Shown: positions 9,255-19,691, numbered from the stretch's first letter. The stretch: 56,537 nucleotides of DNA from Candidatus Jordarchaeia archaeon (GCA_029856435.1 JAHQXB010000082.1:1-56537), one strand, 5' to 3'. The notes: a model not told the origin generated them from the letters alone. Translations and numbers: made by a program.

Positions 9255-10439
9255 TTAATGTTGGCCTTTTGACTCTAGGACTTTTTGTGTTTCTCTCTGT
9301 AAATCATCCAAATTTTGGTAGAGAAGCTGTATATACTTTCTCGCTATTTTTCTTCTCTTCAATATGCCTTGATATAGGGTTTCTAGGATAGGACTTTCAA
9401 GAAGATCCGCAGCGGCTTTAAGTGCATATATTTTTTCTTTTTCCATTTCAATTGCATTACTAACAATGTTGAGTTCTGCCTTTGCCTGCACTAAACCAAA
9501 GGCCAGATCCTCAGCACTAAAATTTTCCGGAATCAATTTATCAGTTTTTAATTCGAAACGGGCAAAGGCTTCGAACTTTTTAAGAGCCATCTCCCTGTCT
9601 CCCCAAAGAGCTATTGGTATTTGCTCATTAAATTTTTCTGAATGTTCATATGCCTCTCTCCGAAAATCAAGGATTAATGTTAAATCTTTTTGTATACCTC
9701 TAATCTGCTCTAGGACTGTAATGAAGTCGTCGAGTTCGTACTCCCCTCCCGCCTTTATAGATGGACTAATGTACCCAATGCACTGGAGAAAGTTTCGGGC
9801 GAAATCGATTAGATAGTTGGCTAAGCTTATGATTTTATCCACGCTGTTTACCGATTGGTCTTTTAGTGCCTCCTCAATTGTGCAGTAGATGTTTTCCTCA
9901 GATGCCAGCCACTTTTTTAATGTTTCTTCCAACTCATTTATAAATTGTTCCGCGACTTCAGACTTTATGGTTTTTAAAATGCCAAGCAGACCTTTTACCT
10001 CGGATAGTAGGACCGAGAATAGTTCTTTTATTTTTGGATAAATGAAGGCTACAGAGTTCTCCACGTTAAACCTCAGGAAGTGTAGATCAACTTTTTCGGG
10101 TTTTACAATTTCTTCGAGTCGTACTCTCCCGCGGATAATATCATAATACTGCTGTGTCCCGAGAGAATTAATTATACTGAAGAAAAATTCAAACCAGAGG
10201 TTCAGGGCGTTTACAAGCGTGTCAAGGAATGATATGAGCTGTGATAGAGATGTGGTGGACTGTTGGATTACTTCAATAACAAGGTTCGCTTTATATTGTT
10301 TAAATTCCTTTTCTGTTTGTTTTGTGAACCCGTCGTCCACCGAGTAAAGTTCCTTAGAGTAATCTGCGATTAATCTGAAATACCTTTTTAATAGCCTTCT
10401 TAAAGATACTAGCTCTTTAGACAAGTTTGCACCCAACAA
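9255..10439 (-). CDS. Hypothetical all-helical protein
   Basis: 394-aa ORF with normal codon pattern; the C-terminus weakly resembles a ferritin-like helix pair. Confidence 0.65.
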   Translation of the reverse strand: MLGANLSKELVSLRRLLKRYFRLIADYSKELYSVDDGFTKQTEKEFKQYKANLVIEVIQQSTTSLSQLISFLDTLVNALNLWFEFFFSIINSLGTQQYYDIIRGRVRLEEIVKPEKVDLHFLRFNVENSVAFIYPKIKELFSVLLSEVKGLLGILKTIKSEVAEQFINELEETLKKWLASEENIYCTIEEALKDQSVNSVDKIISLANYLIDFARNFLQCIGYISPSIKAGGEYELDDFITVLEQIRGIQKDLTLILDFRREAYEHSEKFNEQIPIALWGDREMALKKFEAFARFELKTDKLIPENFSAEDLAFGLVQAKAELNIVSNAIEMEKEKIYALKAAADLLESPILETLYQGILKRRKIARKYIQLLYQNLDDLQRETQKVLESKGQH

Positions 10440-10553
10440 TAAGGTAGATTTTCTTGTTAATCTGTTTTCCTCAAACTAATTTCTTATTTATATTTAGAAG
10501 AAGCAATAACTTGTTTTAAATTTAAAGAATAAAAAATCGAATCCTATATCTTA

Positions 10554-10847
10554 TTATACATATATTTGATTGGGGTCTATGAATTTTCTAATTGCGGTTA
10601 CTATAGATTGGGTGCTGGGTGGGACTCCCACAAAAGTCACTAAACCATTTATCGCAATGGTGGGTACGCCCTCAACCTGATACAGTTTTGCCTTTTCGCG
10701 GCCTGTTTTTGTTTCCACATTTATTTCGTTCACTATTATGCATTCATTAAACGCTTTTTCTATTTCTTGGACGGATTCCTCAATCATTTTTCTAGCCGTA
10801 GGGCAGTAAGGACAGTTCTTAGAATAGAATAGTTCTATTATTATCAT
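10554..10847 (-). CDS. Thioredoxin/glutaredoxin-like protein
   Basis: CPYC active site, VPT cis-Pro motif, FVGVP. Confidence 0.9.
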   Translation of the reverse strand: MIIIELFYSKNCPYCPTARKMIEESVQEIEKAFNECIIVNEINVETKTGREKAKLYQVEGVPTIAINGLVTFVGVPPSTQSIVTAIRKFIDPNQIYV

Positions 10848-11040
10848 CTTATTACCTCAGTTTTACTTACGGTTCTGCACGGATATTGCACAACTAAACA
10901 AATAATTAAATCTATTTAAACTTTACTATTGTTAATACTTCTACACAACCCATCAAACTTCAAACCCCAAAAAGCGAAACAAAACAAAAACAGAACAAAA
11001 AAAGAAAACCTAGAAGTTTCCAAAAGGATGGAAAAATGTT

Positions 11041-12228
11041 TCAGAGGATCTCTCTGATTTTTGAGAGCTTAATGGCCTGTTCTATGACAAACTTTACTCT
11101 CAGGATTTCCTCCTCGGTGTTGAAATAGTGTATACTGATTCGGGAGATACTATCCTTAACCGGCCTAAAAATAACTTTCCTTATTGCAGCGAAAGGCATC
11201 AACTTTATCGCAGGGTAACCAGTAAGATCTATGGACAGTAGGCCAACCCTTTTATTAACGTCTTTTGTTCCAACAATCTTAAGATTGGGGATCTTAGTTA
11301 GCTCATCAATCGCAAAGGAAGTAAGCATCATGTTTCTTCTTCTAATGTTTTCAATACCAATTCTATTCATATAGTCTATTGCGGCGCCCAAACCAATAAA
11401 CCCCAGATAATTTAGGGAGGTAGCCTCAAACTTATAGGGGGCCAACCACCTCCTCTCTTCTGAGATGGTTTCAGTTGGTTCTGCGCCGAAGAGGAATGGT
11501 TCACCTACTATTAGTGGTTGCATTTTTTCTCCATGCTCTCTTTTAAAATATAGACAGCCCGTACCTACGGGTCCGCAGAGAGCCTTGTGCCCTGCTACAG
11601 CATAAAAGTCACATCCGAGTTTTTTCACATTCACCGGAATATATCCCGGTCCTTGGGCACCATCCAAAGCGTAGAGAATATTGTTTTCAGAAGCAATTTT
11701 TCCAATTTCCTCCGCGGGTAAAATAGTTCCTGGGTGGTAGGCAACGTGGCACATAGATATGAGTTTGGTGTGTTCTGTTATGGCCTGTTCCACATCTGCT
11801 GGGTTGACGATTCCCTCCTCGTCAGCTTCTACAGTTACGAGTTGTACTCCGAACTTTTCGACTAAAAGGTTGTATATGTAGCGGTTAGGTGGATACTCCA
11901 CACTATTGATGATTATTTCGTCTCCTTTCTTCCAATCAATATTCTGCAATGCTAGGTTGTAGCCCTCAGTAGTACTTCTAGTTAATGCAATCTCGTCTGG
12001 TGAGGCTCCCAGTATGTTTGCCAGTTTTACTCTTGTTCTCTCTTTTTTCTCCTCAAAATCAAACAAGTTTTCCCAGTTCCCTTGTCCAGTACACATACAT
12101 TCCACTAAAAAATCGCTCATAGCTTGTACAACTGGGCGAGGCAAGGGGCCATAATAACCCGTGTTAAAGTAGGCCCACTCTCTAGTTACGGGAAAATCCT
12201 CTCTAATTTTCTCAATGTCCACAATCAA
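11041..12228 (-). CDS. Aminotransferase class V fold PLP enzyme (cysteine desulfurase-like, lacking the C-terminal Cys)
   Basis: REDFP, DGAQGPG, AGHKALCGPVGTG, RISIHYFNT.EEI. Confidence 0.85.
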   Translation of the reverse strand: MIVDIEKIREDFPVTREWAYFNTGYYGPLPRPVVQAMSDFLVECMCTGQGNWENLFDFEEKKERTRVKLANILGASPDEIALTRSTTEGYNLALQNIDWKKGDEIIINSVEYPPNRYIYNLLVEKFGVQLVTVEADEEGIVNPADVEQAITEHTKLISMCHVAYHPGTILPAEEIGKIASENNILYALDGAQGPGYIPVNVKKLGCDFYAVAGHKALCGPVGTGCLYFKREHGEKMQPLIVGEPFLFGAEPTETISEERRWLAPYKFEATSLNYLGFIGLGAAIDYMNRIGIENIRRRNMMLTSFAIDELTKIPNLKIVGTKDVNKRVGLLSIDLTGYPAIKLMPFAAIRKVIFRPVKDSISRISIHYFNTEEEILRVKFVIEQAIKLSKIREIL

Positions 12229-12363
12229 TCCTCCATTTATCCAAAATAAAGGTGGTGCTGAGAGTTTTATGGAAAATAAAGTTTTGTCCTGTTAAAGAGG
12301 ATGCCTAGGAAATAAAAAGATTCTCTGATTTTATTTTAAAAAGTAAAAAAGAATCAAAAAGTT

Positions 12364-13008
12364 TTATAGTTTTAGTACCCAAATTTCGGTTTCCTTTGGT
12401 AGATTGCCTTTTGTTATTTCCACTTCTGAGGATTGGATTTCCTTCACTCTAGGCTTACCCTTAGTAAATTCCTTTATGTCGCCTAGGCCGAGTGATAATC
12501 CGGGAGTCTTGTAGTGCATGGGAATTACTATTTTTGGCTTTATTAGATCCGCTACCTCAGTGGCTCCTGTGGCGTCTATGGTGAAGACTCCGCCGATTGG
12601 AATGAAAAGTACATCGATTTCACCTATTTCCCTTATTTGGGATTCCGAGGGGACATGTCCTAGGTCGCCTAGGTGGCAAAACTTTATTCCATCCATTTCA
12701 AATGTGTAGATGACATTTTTGCCCCTTTGACTGCCTTTACTCTCATCGTGGAATACCTGTATTCCCTTTATTGGAATTCCTTTAACTGTTTTGGTGCCTG
12801 CCATCCACAGAACCTTTTCGGCGCCACCCTTACATACATCTTCGACTTTTGAGTAGTGATCGAAGTGATTATGCGAAACCAGAATAATATCCCCGGAACA
12901 TTTAGGGTTAGGTAATCCCACTGAGCCTCCGTGAGGATCCGTGATTACTGTTAGTTTGCTTCCTTTGATTTCGAATGTGGCATGGCCCCACCATTTAACC
13001 TTTACCAA
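12364..13008 (-). CDS. MBL-fold metallo-hydrolase (short Zn-dependent hydrolase)
   Basis: WWGHATF, SHNHFDH, HLGDLGH, IPMHY. Confidence 0.9.
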   Translation of the reverse strand: MVKVKWWGHATFEIKGSKLTVITDPHGGSVGLPNPKCSGDIILVSHNHFDHYSKVEDVCKGGAEKVLWMAGTKTVKGIPIKGIQVFHDESKGSQRGKNVIYTFEMDGIKFCHLGDLGHVPSESQIREIGEIDVLFIPIGGVFTIDATGATEVADLIKPKIVIPMHYKTPGLSLGLGDIKEFTKGKPRVKEIQSSEVEITKGNLPKETEIWVLKL

Positions 13009-13132
13009 TCTTCATTCCTCCTTAAGAATCTACAATACTGTTTTGGTGTGAACTTATAAAAACTATTCCCAACGTTATCTATATATCTCACTTCCCAAAC
13101 GCTTGGTTTATTTTTTTCTATTTTTGCGATAT

Positions 13133-13800
13133 TTACAAGTCGATATGAAGAATGCTAGACCTTCGCCGAATATTTTTGGGGACCTTCAAATTCTGAAGGG
13201 AGAAACGAACAGAAATTGGTGAAGGTGATGCAGATTTATTCGGTTCCATCTCCCTAGTAAGGCTCCAAATCGTGAAAGAAGCCCTATAAACACCCCTTTT
13301 TGAGGCGAAGCCGAACAATTCTACATCACCTTATATTACCATGGAAAAACTTTAGGTTTTCATCCTTTGTCTAAAGCGCTTTGGTGTATGTGTTTAGTTC
13401 TTGTATGTACTCCTCTATGGTGTGAAACCGTATACCTAAATCTTGCATTTCAGAGATCCGTATCATTTTTTTGAGCAGTCCTTCCCTTCTTTCTGGATCT
13501 TTGAGGGAGGGGGCTGCCGAGAAGCCGCAATTTCCCACACAGTCTGTTGTTACTCCTTGGGAAATTTTTCTCTTTGCCGTTGGCTCCAAAAATATGGTGA
13601 TGTCAGAGTGAGAATGAATGTCAATAAATCTAGGTGCTATAATTAACTCAGAAACATCGATGGTATCGTCGACGCCAGCCGGTTCTATTGAGGGCTTGAT
13701 TCTTGAAATCTTGTTCCCCTCTATAGGGTGGTCTAAATTGAACTAAGGATTCCCTGTGCCATTCAATATTCTTCTATTCTTTAAAAAGTATTGAGATCTT
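13133..13800 (-). pseudogene. Decayed N-acyl-D-amino-acid deacylase (amidohydrolase) pseudogene
   Basis: ILNGTGNP-TAG(13743-13745)-FNLDHPIEGNKI...IIAPRFIDIHSHSD...KISQGVTTDCVGNCGFSAAP in one frame, followed by stops and frameshifts. Confidence 0.75.
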
Positions 13801-13902
13801 TGAATACCCCCTTCCTTTTTGTTATCTTGTTGTATCTTCTGGTATTTTAACGTGATTACTATGTTGTTGAAAAGTAGGGAGAGGAAAATTGGAGGATTGA
13901 TC

Positions 13903-16900
13903 TTATTTTGTCTCGTTTATGGTAATGGTTATTTGTTCGTCTTTTAGTTTCCATTTCTTTTGGTAGCCTCTTGTTTTGCCTTTTCCCTGTTTTAGGATGG
14001 TTGCTAATGTTTCCTCCCTGATGTAATCACTGTTCTTTTCTATTTCTTGGAACATTTTTTCGCTGCACTCTATGTATACTTCGATTCTCTGCATGTAGTC
14101 TAGGTTCGTCTCTTTTCTCATAGTCTGTATTCTCCTCACTATTTCTCTAGCCAGGGCTTCTTCTGCCAATTCGGGGGTAATTGTAGTGTTGAGAAATACT
14201 TTTACGCGGCCGGCCTGCCCCATCACGTAATTCTCTTTTTCAAGAGTTTCAACTTCCACTTCTTCATTTGTTAGTTCCACTTGGTCGCCGCCGACGAACA
14301 GTGTGAGCTTGTTCCGTTCTGCTAGCTTCTGTGCGGCTTCCTTAGGATCCAGTCTCTCTAATTCTTGGACTATTTTTGGTGCGAGATTCTTAAACTTTGG
14401 CCCAATGTTTTTGTAGTTTGGTTTAAGCCTGTAGGCGACGTAATTGGAATCGCTAGTTTCATATTTGACATTTTTAACGTTAAGTTCATCCTTCAATACG
14501 TGCTCCAAGGGTTTTACATACTCTATTTTTTCCGAATCTGCCACTACTACCAGCTCCTGGAGGGGGTGTCTAAGTTTTATGTTTTTGCTAGCTCTAGCGG
14601 CGCGTCCTGCACTTGAAATTTCAATGGCTAACCCCATACTTTTCTCTAGTTCATCATCGAAGAGTTCCTCCCTAAACTCTGGAAAATCTGTCATATGTAC
14701 ACTTTCGGGCGCTGCAACGTTTCCCCTGGAGAGGTTTTGATACATGGCCTCAGATATTAGTGGTATGAATGGTGCTAGAAGTCTCACTATTTTTTCTAGG
14801 GCTTCAAAGAGGGTTTGATAGGCGGCGATTTTGTCCTCGTCCATTTCCGCCCTCCAGAATCTTCTCCTAGACCTTCTAATATACCAGTTGCTTAACTCGT
14901 CCACCACAAACTTATCAATTGCTCTGGCAGCGGTGTGAATCATATAGTTCTTCATACTTGAGTCCACAATTTTGATGACGCGGTTCAGCCTGCTTTTAAG
15001 CCACCTATCCAAAATGTTCTGTGAATCCTTCTTCTTGAACTTATCATCGTAGGGATTAAAATTGTCTATGTTGGCATTGGTCACGTAGAAGTAATAAGCG
15101 TTCCAAAGAGTGTTGAGGAAATGGTTTCTGGTTTCAATAACCATTTTTTCACTGAAGCGTTTTGGTGCCCAAGGTGGGCTGGATACGAAGAAATACCAGC
15201 GCATTGCATCCGCGCCCTCATTTCTAAATATTATATTCGGATCAACAACGTTTCCCCTAGATTTACTCATCTTGTGTCCGTGCTCGTCTAAAACGTGGCC
15301 TAAGGAAACCACATTCTGATACGCGTGGCTGTCGAAAACAGCAGTTCCCACAGCGTGCAGGCTGAAGAACCAGCCCCGGGTTTGATCAATTGCTTCTGTG
15401 ATGAATGTCACTGGAAAAGTTTTCTCAAAAAATTCTTTGTTTTCAAAGGGGTAGTGATGCTCCGCAAACGATGCGGCTCCGGAATCGTACCAGCAGTCAA
15501 TTACGTAAGGCTCCCTCTTCATGTTTGCACCGCACTCAGGGCAGGCAAATGTAATTTGGTCTACGTAGGGTCTATGGGGATCGAAATCCTTAGGTAGAGG
15601 GCCTGCATAGTCTTCCAACTCTTTGAAGCTTCCCACACAAACATAATGTTTATTATCACACTTCCATATGGGGAGCGGGGTTCCCCAAAATCGGTTACGG
15701 CTTAGAGCCCAATCCTTGCCCTCCTCAAGAAAGTTGCCGAAGCGTCCATGCTTAAGATGCCGAGGATACCAGTTTATCTTCTCATTGTTCCGGAGCAGAT
15801 TCTCCCGTAGAGCACTCAATTTAATATACCATGTTTCAATAGCATAATAGAGAAGAGGGGTATCGCAGCGCCAGCAGAAGGGATAAGCGTGTTCCAAAAC
15901 CCCCTCGCGGAAAAGTAGTCCCTTCTCTCTTAACGCTTCAATAATCTTTTTATCTGCATCCTTAACCTTCATGCCTGCAAAAGGCTTTGCCTCCTCCTTT
16001 ATGCGGCCCGCCTCGTCAACCAATTGTATTATTGCCAAATCATATTTCTTGGCAACTTCAAAGTCCTCAGCGCCAAAAGCCGGAGCCATATGTACAATAC
16101 CAGTACCCTCAGTTAGGGTGACAAAATCCGCCAAAACCACAACAAAAGCCTTCTTCTCCGGCTTAACAAAATCAAACAGTGGCCAATACTCTAAGCCTTC
16201 CAATTCTCTACCCTTAAACTCCCGAACAATCTTGTAGTCACCCTCCAGAACCATTTGGAGAGCTTTAGCTAAAATCAGCCGCTCACCCTTATGCTCCACC
16301 AAAATATAGTCATAATCTGGATGAACCGCCAAAGCCACATTAGAAAGCAATGTCCAGGGCGTAGTCGTCCAAGCCAAAAAATAAGTGTTATCCTCCCCCA
16401 ACAGCTTAAACTTGATATGAATGGAGGGATCCTTAACATCTTTGTAGCCACCTAAAGCCACTTCATGTGCGCTTAAAGGAGTACCACAACGAGGACAATA
16501 CAAGACCACATAGTAATCGCGATACAAGTTACCCTTACTCCAAATCTGCTTCAAAGACCACCAAACAGACTCAATAAAATACGGTTCGAGTGTAACATAG
16601 GGATTATCCATATCCATCCAGGTGGCCACACGCTCCGTCATCCTAACCCATTCTTTCTCGTAGCGGAAAACACTCTCCTTACACTTCTCATTAAACCTTG
16701 CAACACCGTACTCCTCGATTTCCTTCTTGCTATTCAAGCCCAGAGCCTTTTCAACCTCAAGCTCCACAGGAAGACCATGAGTGTCCCACCCCGCTCGCCG
16801 AGGGTTTACATACTCGCCCTTCATTGTCCTGTATCTCATAACTACATCTTTTACCGCTCTGGTTAGAACGTGGCCTACGTGGGGTAGCCCATTTGCAGTG

Positions 16901-17073
16901 GGCGGTCCCTCAAGGAAAACGAACCATCCCTTATTGTTTTTTTCCCGGTATTGTTGGGTTTTTTGGAATATCTTGTTTTGCTTCCAGAATTTTAGGATCT
17001 CCTCTTCGATTTTTGGATAATCAGGTGTAGTTTCAACGTCCTTATAGAGGGGCATATTTTTCACTTCCAACAC
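13903..17073 (-). CDS. ileS: Isoleucine--tRNA ligase
   Basis: GPPTANGLPHVGH, GWDTHGLPVE, WTTTPWTL, KMSKS; archaeal/eukaryote-type C-terminal extension. Confidence 0.97.
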   Translation of the reverse strand: MLEVKNMPLYKDVETTPDYPKIEEEILKFWKQNKIFQKTQQYREKNNKGWFVFLEGPPTANGLPHVGHVLTRAVKDVVMRYRTMKGEYVNPRRAGWDTHGLPVELEVEKALGLNSKKEIEEYGVARFNEKCKESVFRYEKEWVRMTERVATWMDMDNPYVTLEPYFIESVWWSLKQIWSKGNLYRDYYVVLYCPRCGTPLSAHEVALGGYKDVKDPSIHIKFKLLGEDNTYFLAWTTTPWTLLSNVALAVHPDYDYILVEHKGERLILAKALQMVLEGDYKIVREFKGRELEGLEYWPLFDFVKPEKKAFVVVLADFVTLTEGTGIVHMAPAFGAEDFEVAKKYDLAIIQLVDEAGRIKEEAKPFAGMKVKDADKKIIEALREKGLLFREGVLEHAYPFCWRCDTPLLYYAIETWYIKLSALRENLLRNNEKINWYPRHLKHGRFGNFLEEGKDWALSRNRFWGTPLPIWKCDNKHYVCVGSFKELEDYAGPLPKDFDPHRPYVDQITFACPECGANMKREPYVIDCWYDSGAASFAEHHYPFENKEFFEKTFPVTFITEAIDQTRGWFFSLHAVGTAVFDSHAYQNVVSLGHVLDEHGHKMSKSRGNVVDPNIIFRNEGADAMRWYFFVSSPPWAPKRFSEKMVIETRNHFLNTLWNAYYFYVTNANIDNFNPYDDKFKKKDSQNILDRWLKSRLNRVIKIVDSSMKNYMIHTAARAIDKFVVDELSNWYIRRSRRRFWRAEMDEDKIAAYQTLFEALEKIVRLLAPFIPLISEAMYQNLSRGNVAAPESVHMTDFPEFREELFDDELEKSMGLAIEISSAGRAARASKNIKLRHPLQELVVVADSEKIEYVKPLEHVLKDELNVKNVKYETSDSNYVAYRLKPNYKNIGPKFKNLAPKIVQELERLDPKEAAQKLAERNKLTLFVGGDQVELTNEEVEVETLEKENYVMGQAGRVKVFLNTTITPELAEEALAREIVRRIQTMRKETNLDYMQRIEVYIECSEKMFQEIEKNSDYIREETLATILKQGKGKTRGYQKKWKLKDEQITITINETK

Positions 17074-17735
17074 GATTTTTCTGTATCACTAGAAGATTGT
17101 TAAAAAATGGTTTATTCTGAAAAATTTTGTCATAATACCTTTTACAAGGAATTTTTTGGGAAGCCAGTTCCTCAGAAATAATTTTGTGCGAGTTATTAAA
17201 AGTTTTCAACGGAAGACCTAACCTTTTCACAGTTGAGAAGTAGTTTTGCCTTTTAGCTTTCAAATTTGGCGGCGATACACTTCCGTTGACCTCCATAACA
17301 GTAAGAAGAAAACAAAGAGAATATTTAAATCTTTTCTGATTAAGTCTTCTCCCCAAACTTTTGTCTACTCCATTTAGACAGGAGGCGCATACATACTGAT
17401 TAAGAGGCCATGCAAATGGCAAACTGAATATGAAAGACCACTAAGAATAGCGAATGCTACGCAGAAATTCACATATTCGAGGGTTTCCTAAAATGTTTGA
17501 AGACCCTATTTCTGTACTGTCTGGAACGTGGAAGCATACGAAGGTTTGTGTGAGGACTGTAAGCAAACGTAGTTTTCCCATTGTTCTGTAGATATTCTAA
17601 ACAACACATCGAGGGGTATAATCGTTTAGAGTTTGTGTTGGATTAGAAAACGTTAATAATTCGGGATAGCGCATTTATTTTTTGAGGGCATAGTTCCCGG
17701 TTTGGTATGTAAACTATAGGATGGTTAGCTTATAA

Positions 17736-18791
17736 TTGTGGAGGAGCCAAGACCCGATGGCACAAGAAGACCATTCAGATTCTGACCGTTTATTGAATGA
17801 GAGTAGAGAGCTGGTGCGCAGAGCCCTCCTATCAGTGGAGGAGCTAAAAGCCGTTATGGACGAACTTAATAGAAATCCAGAACTGAGCAAGATTGGGCTA
17901 GTTGTTTTTCAGCTAAGTTTTGAGACTAAAAACTTGGTGGAAGAGTTACTTAACGGATTAGATTTACCCGTTTTAGTTGAGAAGTTGAATAACGAAGAAG
18001 ATTTGGAAGTGATTAGAAAATTCTTCAGTTATCTCGGTCAAGGCTCCAAAGGGTTGTCCTCTAGCTGGGTTCCAGAATGGCTGGCCGACAACATGAACAA
18101 AGAATCCCTACTTAATAAACTCAACAACTACACTGGAAATTTTACAGACCCCGTTCTTTTTCTGGAAGCCCTAGTTTCAGTAAATAAGACAGCCGCCAGA
18201 GAACTGGCCCTAAAAATGGATTGGAGCACCATAATAGAAAAGCTGAGTACCGGAGAAGATCTATCCTCTCTAGCCCTATGTTTACGATGTCTCCTTGAAA
18301 TAGACCCCCTACTTGTGGAAGATTTCGTTAAGAAGCTTGACAGGCAAAAAATTGCCTTAGCCGTTGAGAGGGAAAAAAACACCAAAAGTTTAGAGGACAT
18401 CCTCCTGTGCGTTTTTGTGGTTAGAAGAGAGGGAGTTGCCTATGACTTCGTGTGGAGCATAATCAAAGCCGGAGTCTCAAACCTCCTCAAAAAAGACCTA
18501 AAAGATATAAAACTTTTCTTCACAAGAATCGCCGGAAACGAAATCCTACGACTCTTCCCATACAGCGGAAGCGACGACAGAGAAGAAATTCTAAGCGTAC
18601 TCCTAGAATGCATGGGCTCAGAGAATATAGCTCTAAAAGTCAACGGAGAAACAAATGAACCCCTCGTCGAATTCCTACTCAGAAAAATCGCCAAAGTAAA
18701 CCCCATTCTAGCAATGGACCTCAAAGAAAAAGTAGCCCTCAAATACCAAAAATTCCTAGAAGACGTAGTAGACTCCACAGAAACCTTCTAA
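17736..18791 (+). CDS. Hypothetical alpha-helical repeat protein
   Basis: 351-aa ORF with recurring approximately 40-aa units (D..xI.EKL..xEDL..I..xL..L..IDP.LA). Confidence 0.65.
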   Translation: MWRSQDPMAQEDHSDSDRLLNESRELVRRALLSVEELKAVMDELNRNPELSKIGLVVFQLSFETKNLVEELLNGLDLPVLVEKLNNEEDLEVIRKFFSYLGQGSKGLSSSWVPEWLADNMNKESLLNKLNNYTGNFTDPVLFLEALVSVNKTAARELALKMDWSTIIEKLSTGEDLSSLALCLRCLLEIDPLLVEDFVKKLDRQKIALAVEREKNTKSLEDILLCVFVVRREGVAYDFVWSIIKAGVSNLLKKDLKDIKLFFTRIAGNEILRLFPYSGSDDREEILSVLLECMGSENIALKVNGETNEPLVEFLLRKIAKVNPILAMDLKEKVALKYQKFLEDVVDSTETF

Positions 18792-19284
18792 AAAAGAAAC
18801 TCAAAAATATAAAACCACCCCCAAATCCTCAATAAATCATGAACCTATTGTTAACACAACATAACTATTCTTTAAACATTATCCCATTTATCTCAAGTAT
18901 TTTTGGGAAAATTTTCTTCGTCCCCGCAAAGGTTGGTTAACAATACGCTTAGATGGGAAATCCCATATCTCCCCCCACTCTTCAAACCAGTTTAAAAACT
19001 GAACAATTGGGAAATACTAACATCCCAATGCAGTCTCCGTTCTGACCCAGCATTAACCTTGCGTAATTTTGGGTCTTCCCCCCAAGTTTCATGGGGAGAC
19101 CGGTTCGCCCCGGCTATAGATTCGCAGGATCTTTGCTATGGTTTTTTGCAGTTGTGTTCCTAATAATTTATGGTTTTATCGGTGTTTATCCTCAATTTTT
19201 AATATTTCTACCCCTTAAGTGGTGAGAAAAAGTTTTGAGAAGCGCCAAAAAAGGCCCAAAAACACGAGCTTTTGCGAATCTATC

Positions 19285-19392
19285 GCCCGGGGAACGGTTG
19301 AAGCAGGCACATCTCCCTTGCTTTTGGTGGGAGGATGTTCCCAATTGCGGCCCTGCTCTCCTAGGCTTTTTCGAACTCCCCGCATTCCGGGC
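19285..19392. ncRNA. Candidate structured ncRNA
   Basis: GC-rich island with nested stems GCCCGG(19285-90)/CCGGGC(19387-92), GCAGG/CCTGC, ACATC-TCCC/GGGA-G-GATGT; overlapping ORFs look spurious. Family not recognised. Confidence 0.35.
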
Positions 19393-19691
19393 TGGGCCTG
19401 GTTGGAATTGGCTGCACGGCACATATATATGTATGGATGTTTTTTAAGGAATAATAGATTTAATGGTTTTTTCTTTAACATTAACAGCTGGAAGTTTCTC
19501 AGGTTAACAAACTTTATTCTAAATAGCGGTTTTAACATCCTCTCCCATTCAGCCATATTTCCCTCTTTGGCGATACCGACCGGCAAGAAGGTAGGCAGGT
19601 TTAATATGAAAAAGTATTAATACTTCACCTACCAAGTCAATAAAAGCAAAAAAACAATCTAAATGTACAGAAATTCAGGAGTAGGGTAACC

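Noticed and set aside
17042-17422. 126-aa minus-strand ORF
   Set aside because: It overlaps the ileS start and promoter and has no convincing motif.
19285-19392. tRNA-Sec or fluoride riboswitch interpretation (GCCCGG...CCGGGC; GGCGAUAGAUUCGC)
   Set aside because: I could not build a UCA anticodon arm or a T-arm even allowing for introns, and the riboswitch's conserved 3' UGAUG and a crcB/fluc gene are absent.
19192-19620. Four overlapping ORFs of 70-133 aa
   Set aside because: They are mutually overlapping with no recognisable motifs, and are better explained by a GC-rich structured element.
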